NCBI GenBank assembly: GCA_964057225.1
Contig: OZ059899.1
Coordinates: 2,542,001-2,606,000, forward strand
From: Auanema rhodensis
Taxonomy: Eukaryota; Animalia; Nematoda
Direction: 5' to 3'
Length of the DNA: 64,000 nucleotides
The notes under the pieces are model-generated. The model did not search any database. It worked only from the letters and a program-made list of their open reading frames with translations, and had not been told where the DNA came from. Numbering within the stretch: the first letter of the stretch is position 1; each line of letters starts with the position of its first letter. The position numbers were made by a program, and so were the translations under genes. Of the stretch, positions 56,001 through 64,000 are shown in pieces.

Positions 56001-59000
56001 GCGGATTTTTAAGCTGCGTCGATCTGTGTTATCAGATTTGCGCTAGCTTAAAAATGCACCGAGATATCAACTGATATAAGTTCACACTTATATCCTCGAT
56101 TTTCACCCTGAAGAATTAATTTTTTCGTTGAATAACATCGTCCATCGTCTTTGCCTTGAAAAACGGAATCTAAAAACATCTACTTTTTGCTAAATTATTT
56201 TGAAATTTTTCGAAAAAATTTTTGTCAAAATGTTTTTGGAAGCAATGTTGAGTGTACATGGAAACTCAACATACACTAATGCATCATTTTTCAAACGATC
56301 ATAACTAATTTTTGTATTAAGCCTTTCTCAATGTAGTATAGTGCATTCGATGCGGATTTTTAAGCTGCGTCGATCTGTGTTATCAGATTTGCGCTAGCTT
56401 AAAAATGCACCGAGATATCAACTGATATAAGTTCACACTTATATCCTCGATTTTCACCCTGAAGAATTAATTTTTTCGTTGAATAACATTGTCCATCGTC
56501 TTTGCCTTGAAAAACGGAATCTAAAAACATCTACTTTTCGCTGAATTATCTTGAAATTTTTCGAAAAAATTTTTGTCAAAATGTTTTTGGAAGCAATGTT
56601 GAGTGTACATGGAAACTCAACATACACTAATGCATCATTTTTCAAACGATCATAACTAATTTTTGTATTAAGCGTTTCTCAATGTAGTATAGTGCATTCG
56701 ATGCGGATTTTTGAGCTGCGTCGATCTGTGTTATCAGATTTGCGCTAGCTTGAAAATGCACCGAGATATCAACTGATATAAGTTCACACTTATATCCTCG
56801 ATTTTCACCCTGAAGAATTAATTTTTTCGTTGAATAACATTGTCCATCGTCTTTGCCTTGAAAAAAGGAATCTGAAAACATCTACTTTTCGCTAAATTAT
56901 CTTGAAATTTTTCGAAAAAATTTTTGTCAAAATGTTTTTGGAAGCAATGTTGAGTGTACATGGAAACTCAACATACACTAATGCATCATTTTTCAAACGA
57001 TCATAACTAATTTTTGTATTAAGCGTTTCTCAATGTAGTATAGTGCATTCGATGCGGATTTTTAAGCTGCGTCGATCTGTGTTATCAGATTTGCGCTAGC
57101 TTAAAAATGCACCAAGATATCAACTGATATAAGTTCACACTTATATCCTCGATTTTCACCCTGAAGAATTATTTTTTTCGTTGAATAACATTGTCCATCG
57201 TCTTTGCTTTGAAAAACAGAATCTAAAAACATCTACTTTTTGCTAAATTATTTTGAAATTTTTCGAAAAAAGTTTTGTCAAAATGTTTTTGGAAGCAATG
57301 TTGAGTGTACATGGAAACTCAACATACACTAATGCATCATTTTTCAAACGATCATAACTAATTTTTGTATTAAGCGTTTCTCAATGTAGTATAGTGCATT
57401 CGATGCGGATTTTTGAGCTGCGTCGATCTGTGTTATCAGATTTGCGCTAGCTTAAAAATGCACCGAGATATCAACTGATATAAGTTCACACTTATATCCT
57501 CGATTTTCACCCTGAAGAATTAATTTTTTCGTTGAATAACATTGTCCATCGTCTTTGCCTTGAAAAACGGAATCTAAAAACATCTACTTTTCGCTGAATT
57601 ATCTTGAAATTTTTCGAAAAAATTTTTGTCAAAATGTTTTTGGAAGCAATGTTGAGTGTACATGGAAACTCAACATACACTAATGCATCATTTTTCAAAC
57701 GATCATAACTAATTTTTGTATTAAGCGTTTCTCAATGTAGTATAGTGCATTCGATGCGGATTTTTGAGCTGCGTCGATCTGTGTTATCAGATTTGCGCTA
57801 GCTTAAAAATGCACCGAGATATCAACTGATATAAGTTCACACTTATATCCTCGATTTTCACCCTGAAGAATTAATTTTTTCGTTGAATAACATTGTCCAT
57901 CGTCTTTGCCTTGAAAAAAGGAATCTGAAAACATCTACTTTTCGCTAAATTATCTTGAAATTTTTCGAAAAAATTTTTGTCAAAATGTTTTTGGAAGCAA
58001 TGTTGAGTGTACATGGAAACTCAACATACACTAATGCATCATTTTTCAAACGATCATAACTAATTTTTGTATTAAGCGTTTCTCAATGTAGTATAGTGCA
58101 TTCGATGCGGATTTTTAAGCTGCGTCGATCTGTGTTATCAGATTTGCGCTAGCTTAAAAATGCACCAAGATATCAACTGATATAAGTTCACACTTATATC
58201 CTCGATTTTCACCCTGAAGAATTATTTTTTTCGTTGAATAACGTTGTCCATCGTCTTCGCCTTGAAAAAAGGAATCTAAAAACATCTACTTTTTGCTAAA
58301 TTATTTTTAAATTTTTCGAAAAAATTTTTGTCAAAATGTTTTTGGAAGCAATGTTGAGTGTACATGGAAACTCAACATACACTAATGCATCATTTTTCAA
58401 ACGATCATAACTAATTTTTGTATTGAGCGTTTCTCAATGTAGTATAGTGCATTCAATGCGGATTTTTGAGCTGCGTCGATCTGTGTTATCAGATTTGCGC
58501 TAGCTTAAAAATGCACCGAGATATCAACTGATATAAGTTCACACTTATATCCTCGATTTTCACCCTGAAGAATTATTTTTTTCGTTGAATAACATTGTCC
58601 ATCGTCTTTGCTTTGAAAAACAGAATCTAAAAACATCTACTTTTTGCTAAATTATTTTGAAATTTTTCGAAAAAAGTTTTGTCAAAATGTTTTTGGAAGC
58701 AATGTTGAGTGTACATGGAAACTCAACATACACTAATGCATCATTTTTCAAACGATCATAACTAATTTTTGTATTAAGCGTTTCTCAATGTAGTATAGTG
58801 CATTCGATGCGGATTTTTGAGCTGCGTCGATCTGTGTTATCAGATTTGCGCTAGCTTAAAAATGCACCGAGATATCAACTGATATAAGTTCACACTTATA
58901 TCCTCGATTTTCACCCTGAAGAATTAATTTTTTCGTTGAATAACATTGTCCATCGTCTTTGCCTTGAAAAACGGAATCTAAAAACATCTACTTTTCGCTA

Positions 59001-59125
59001 AATTATTTTGAAATTTTTCGAAAAAATTTTTGTCAAAATGTTTTTGGAAGCAATGTTGAGTGTACATGGAAACTCAACATACACTAATGCATCATTTTTC
59101 AAACGATCATAACTAATTTTTGTAT
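41580..59125. repeat. ~19-monomer block (41580-48244) copied at an offset of 31 monomers (10881 bp) to 52461-59125
   Basis: Eight ORFs recur at +10881 (41712>52593 ... 46626>57507); rare SNP GCATTTGATG at 43010 and 53891; AACGTTG 47362>58243. Confidence 0.93.
47550..50380. repeat. Higher-order duplication, 4 monomers (1404 bp), 2 copies
   Basis: TTCAATGCGG 47574/48978; GTATCAAGCG 48245/49649; AGCTGAAAA 48678/50082; ORFs 48732/50136. Confidence 0.9.
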
Positions 59126-62100
59126 TAAGCGTTTCTCAATGTAGTATAGTGCATTCGATGCGGATTTTTAAGGTGCGTCGATCTGTGTTATCAGATTTGC
59201 GCTAGCTTAAAAAAGCACCGAGATATCAACTGATATAAGTTCACACTTATATCCTCGATTTTCACCCTGAAGAATTATTTTTTTCGTTGAATAACATTGT
59301 CCATCGTCTTTGCCTTGAAAAACGGAATCTAAAAACATCTACTTTTTGCTAAATTATTTTGAAATTTTTCGAAAAAATTTTTGTCAAAATGTTTTTGGAA
59401 GCAATGTTGAGTGTACATGGAAACTCAACATACACTAATGCATCATTTTTCAAACGATCATAACTAATTTTTGTATTAAGCCTTTCTCAATGTAGTATAG
59501 TGCATTCGATGCGGATTTTTAAGCTGCGTCGATCTGTGTTATCAGATTTGCGCTAGCTTAAAAATGCACCGAGATATCAACTGATATAAGTTCACACTTA
59601 TATCCTCGATTTTCACCCTGAAGAATTAATTTTTTCGTTGAATAACATTGTCCATCGTCTTTGCCTTGAAAAAAGGAATCTAAAAACATCTACTTTTCGC
59701 TGAATTATCTTGAAATTTTTCGAAAAAATTTTTGTCAAAATGTTTTTGGAAGCAATGTTGAGTGTACATGGAAACTCAACATACACTAATGCATCATTTT
59801 TCAAACGATCATAACTAATTTTTGTATTGAGCGTTTCTCAATGTAGTATAGTGCATTCAATGCGGATTTTTGAGCTGCGTCGATCTGTGTTATCAGATTT
59901 GCGCTAGCTTAAAAATGCACCGAGATATCAACTGATATAAGTTCACACTTATATCCTCGATTTTCACCCTGAAGAATTATTTTTTTCGTTGAATAACATT
60001 GTCCATCGTCTTTGCTTTGAAAAACAGAATCTAAAAACATCTACTTTTTGCTAAATTATTTTGAAATTTTTCGAAAAAAGTTTTGTCAAAATGTTTTTGG
60101 AAGCAATGTTGAGTGTACATGGAAACTCAACATACACTAATGCATCATTTTTCAAACGATCATAACTAATTTTTGTATTAAGCGTTTCTCAATGTAGTAT
60201 AGTGCATTCGATGCGGATTTTTGAGCTGCGTCGATCTGTGTTATCAGATTTGCGCTAGCTTAAAAATGCACCGAGATATCAACTGATATAAGTTCACACT
60301 TATATCCTCGATTTTCACCCTGAAGAATTAATTTTTTCGTTGAATAACATTGTCCATCGTCTTTGCCTTGAAAAACGGAATCTAAAAACATCTACTTTTC
60401 GCTAAATTATTTTGAAATTTTTCGAAAAAATTTTTGTCAAAATGTTTTTGGAAGCAATGTTGAGTGTACATGGAAACTCAACATACACTAATGCATCATT
60501 TTTCAAACGATCATAACTAATTTTTGTATTAAGCGTTTCTCAATGTAGTATAGTGCATTCGATGCGGATTTTTAAGGTGCGTCGATCTGTGTTATCAGAT
60601 TTGCGCTAGCTTAAAAAAGCACCGAGATATCAACTGATATAAGTTCACACTTATATCCTCGATTTTCACCCTGAAGAATTATTTTTTTCGTTGAATAACA
60701 TTGTCCATCGTCTTTGCCTTGAAAAACGGAATCTAAAAACATCTACTTTTTGCTAAATTATTTTGAAATTTTTCGAAAAAATTTTTGTCAAAATGTTTTT
60801 GGAAGCAATGTTGAGTGTACATGGAAACTCAACATACACTAATGCATCATTTTTCAAACGATCATAACTAATTTTTGTATTAAGCCTTTCTCAATGTAGT
60901 ATAGTGCATTCGATGCGGATTTTTAAGCTGCGTCGATCTGTGTTATCAGATTTGCGCTAGCTTAAAAATGCACCGAGATATCAACTGATATAAGTTCACA
61001 CTTATATCCTCGATTTTCACCCTGAAGAATTAATTTTTTCGTTGAATAACATTGTCCATCGTCTTTGCCTTGAAAAACGGAATCTAAAAACATCTACTTT
61101 TCGCTGAATTATCTTGAAATTTTTCGAAAAAATTTTTGTCAAAATGTTTTTGGAAGCAATGTTGAGTGTACATGGAAACTCAACATACACTAATGCATCA
61201 TTTTTCAAACGATCATAACTAATTTTTGTATTAAGCGTTTCTCAATGTAGTATAGTGCATTCGATGCGGATTTTTGAGCTGCGTCGATCTGTGTTATCAG
61301 ATTTGCGCTAGCTTGAAAATGCACCGAGATATCAACTGATATAAGTTCACACTTATATCCTCGATTTTCACCCTGAAGAATTAATTTTTTCGTTGAATAA
61401 CATTGTCCATCGTCTTTGCCTTGAAAAAAGGAATCTGAAAACATCTACTTTTCGCTAAATTATCTTGAAATTTTTCGAAAAAATTTTTGTCAAAATGTTT
61501 TTGGAAGCAATGTTGAGTGTACATGGAAACTCAACATACACTAATGCATCATTTTTCAAACGATCATAACTAATTTTTGTATTAAGCGTTTCTCAATGTA
61601 GTATAGTGCATTCGATGCGGATTTTTAAGCTGCGTCGATCTGTGTTATCAGATTTGCGCTAGCTTAAAAATGCACCAAGATATCAACTGATATAAGTTCA
61701 CACTTATATCCTCGATTTTCACCCTGAAGAATTATTTTTTTCGTTGAATAACGTTGTCCATCGTCTTCGCCTTGAAAAAAGGAATCTAAAAACATCTACT
61801 TTTTGCTAAATTATTTTTAAATTTTTCGAAAAAATTTTTGTCAAAATGTTTTTGGAAGCAATGTTGAGTGTACATGGAAACTCAACATACACTAATGCAT
61901 CATTTTTCAAACGATCATAACTAATTTTTGTATTAAGCGTTTCTCAATGTAGTATAGTGCATTCGATGCGGATTTTTGAGCTGCGTCGATCTGTGTTATC
62001 AGATTTGCGCTAGCTTAAAAATGCACCGAGATATCAACTGATATAAGTTCACACTTATATCCTCGATTTTCACCCTGAAGAATTAATTTTTTCGTTGAAT

Positions 62101-62666
62101 AACATTGTCCATCGTCTTTGCCTTGAAAAAAGGAATCTGAAAACATCTACTTTTCGCTAAATTATCTTGAAATTTTTCGAAAAAATTTTTGTCAAAATGT
62201 TTTTGGAAGCAATGTTGAGTGTACATGGAAACTCAACATACACTAATGCATCATTTTTCAAACGATCATAACTAATTTTTGTATTAAGCGTTTCTCAATG
62301 TAGTATAGTGCATTCGATGCGGATTTTTAAGCTGCGTCGATCTGTGTTATCAGATTTGCGCTAGCTTAAAAATGCACCAAGATATCAACTGATATAAGTT
62401 CACACTTATATCCTCGATTTTCACCCTGAAGAATTATTTTTTTCGTTGAATAACGTTGTCCATCGTCTTCGCCTTGAAAAAAGGAATCTAAAAACATCTA
62501 CTTTTTGCTAAATTATTTTTAAATTTTTCGAAAAAATTTTTGTCAAAATGTTTTTGGAAGCAATGTTGAGTGTACATGGAAACTCAACATACACTAATGC
62601 ATCATTTTTCAAACGATCATAACTAATTTTTGTATTGAGCGTTTCTCAATGTAGTATAGTGCATTC
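50226..62666. repeat. ~6.4-monomer block (50226-52487, with an internal 2-monomer duplication) copied at an offset of 29 monomers (10179 bp) to 60405-62666
   Basis: ORFs 50838>61017 and 51026>61205; AACGTTG 51574>61753 and 52276>62455; AAGGTG ~50397>60576. Confidence 0.88.
58420..61070. repeat. Higher-order duplication, 4 monomers (1404 bp), ~2 copies
   Basis: ATTGAGCG..TTCAATG 58455/59859; AAAAAAGTTTT ~58676/60080; AAGGTG ~59172/60576; ORFs 59613/61017. Confidence 0.85.
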
Positions 62667-64000
62667 AATGCGGATTTTTGAGCTGCGTCGATCTGTGTTA
62701 TCAGATTTGCGCTAGCTTAAAAATGCACCGAGATATCAACTGATATAAGTTCACACTTATATCCTCGATTTTCACCCTGAAGAATTATTTTTTTCGTTGA
62801 ATAACATTGTCCATCGTCTTTGCTTTGAAAAACAGAATCTAAAAACATCTACTTTTTGCTAAATTATTTTGAAATTTTTCGAAAAAAGTTTTGTCAAAAT
62901 GTTTTTGGAAGCAATGTTGAGTGTACATGGAAACTCAACATACACTAATGCATCATTTTTCAAACGATCATAACTAATTTTTGTATTAAGCGTTTCTCAA
63001 TGTAGTATAGTGCATTCGATGCGGATTTTTGAGCTGCGTCGATCTGTGTTATCAGATTTGCGCTAGCTTAAAAATGCACCGAGATATCAACTGATATAAG
63101 TTCACACTTATATCCTCGATTTTCACCCTGAAGAATTAATTTTTTCGTTGAATAACATTGTCCATCGTCTTTGCCTTGAAAAACGGAATCTAAAAACATC
63201 TACTTTTCGCTAAATTATTTTGAAATTTTTCGAAAAAATTTTTGTCAAAATGTTTTTGGAAGCAATGTTGAGTGTACATGGAAACTCAACATACACTAAT
63301 GCATCATTTTTCAAACGATCATAACTAATTTTTGTATTAAGCGTTTCTCAATGTAGTATAGTGCATTCGATGCGGATTTTTAAGCTGCGTCGATCTGTGT
63401 TATCAGATTTGCGCTAGCTTAAAAAAGCACCGAGATATCAACTGATATAAGTTCACACTTATATCCTCGATTTTCACCCTGAAGAATTATTTTTTTCGTT
63501 GAATAACATTGTCCATCGTCTTTGCCTTGAAAAACGGAATCTAAAAACATCTACTTTTTGCTAAATTATTTTGAAATTTTTCGAAAAAATTTTTGTCAAA
63601 ATGTTTTTGGAAGCAATGTTGAGTGTACATGGAAACTCAACATACACTAATGCATCATTTTTCAAACGATCATAACTAATTTTTGTATTAAGCCTTTCTC
63701 AATGTAGTATAGTGCATTCGATGCGGATTTTTAAGCTGCGTCGATCTGTGTTATCAGATTTGCGCTAGCTTAAAAATGCACCGAGATATCAACTGATATA
63801 AGTTCACACTTATATCCTCGATTTTCACCCTGAAGAATTAATTTTTTCGTTGAATAACATTGTCCATCGTCTTTGCCTTGAAAAACGGAATCTAAAAACA
63901 TCTACTTTTCGCTGAATTATCTTGAAATTTTTCGAAAAAATTTTTGTCAAAATGTTTTTGGAAGCAATGTTGAGTGTACATGGAAACTCAACATACACTA

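Larger units (their letters stand above)
1..64000. repeat. Tandem satellite DNA array, 351-bp monomer, ~182.4 copies, all in the same orientation; extends beyond both window edges
   Basis: Monomer starts (TTRAAAAA(T/C/A)GGAATC) at 1, 352, 702, 1052, 1403 ... 9824, then every 351 bp to 63878 (63878-9824 = 154x351). ORF-track coordinates also differ by multiples of 351. No non-repeat sequence was seen. Confidence 0.99.

Noticed and set aside
27321-61208. 31 copies of a 63-aa minus-strand ORF (MKNDALVYVEF...)
   Set aside because: The ORF appears only where SNP GCTAAAT>GCTGAAT converts TAG to CAG; most monomers keep the stop. There is no recognisable domain, and the K/F/I-rich composition reflects A/T tracts. 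Useful only as a haplotype marker.
1-64000. CRISPR array, integron attC array, or 5S/tRNA/snRNA tandem gene cluster
   Set aside because: There are no unique spacers or cassettes between repeats, and no recognisable 5S, tRNA cloverleaf or snRNA sequence in the monomer (Rfam scan not run).
1-64000. Artefactual concatemer (rolling-circle amplification or collapsed assembly)
   Set aside because: Position-structured, recurring SNP haplotypes and private SNPs argue for a real genomic array, although individual duplications still need read support.
1-64000. Hidden insertion, inversion or TE fragment
   Set aside because: Length arithmetic accounts for every base (182x351 - 5 + 123 = 64000) and the orientation never changes.

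Overview
The whole 64-kb window is one uninterrupted, head-to-tail, single-orientation tandem array of an AT-rich (~31% GC, 109/351 in monomer 1) 351-bp monomer: 182 complete copies plus a 123-bp partial copy. Copies differ by only a few SNPs, and five early copies are 350 bp. I see no supportable gene, RNA gene, transposon insertion, CRISPR array or inversion; every ORF in the track is a by-product of SNPs removing stop codons in the repeat. This looks like eukaryotic satellite DNA, plausibly centromeric or pericentromeric, but I cannot assign species or family from sequence alone. The informative structure is: (i) nested, short-lived higher-order duplications with periods of 2, 3, 4, 5, 6, 8, 9, 15, 29 and 31 monomers; (ii) a left-to-right turnover of diagnostic SNPs defining three layers; (iii) exact 351-bp phase over the last 54 kb; and (iv) a monomer largely tiled by inverted repeats. 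I found no evidence for a novel protein-coding system. All alignments were done by eye, so HOR boundaries are approximate.
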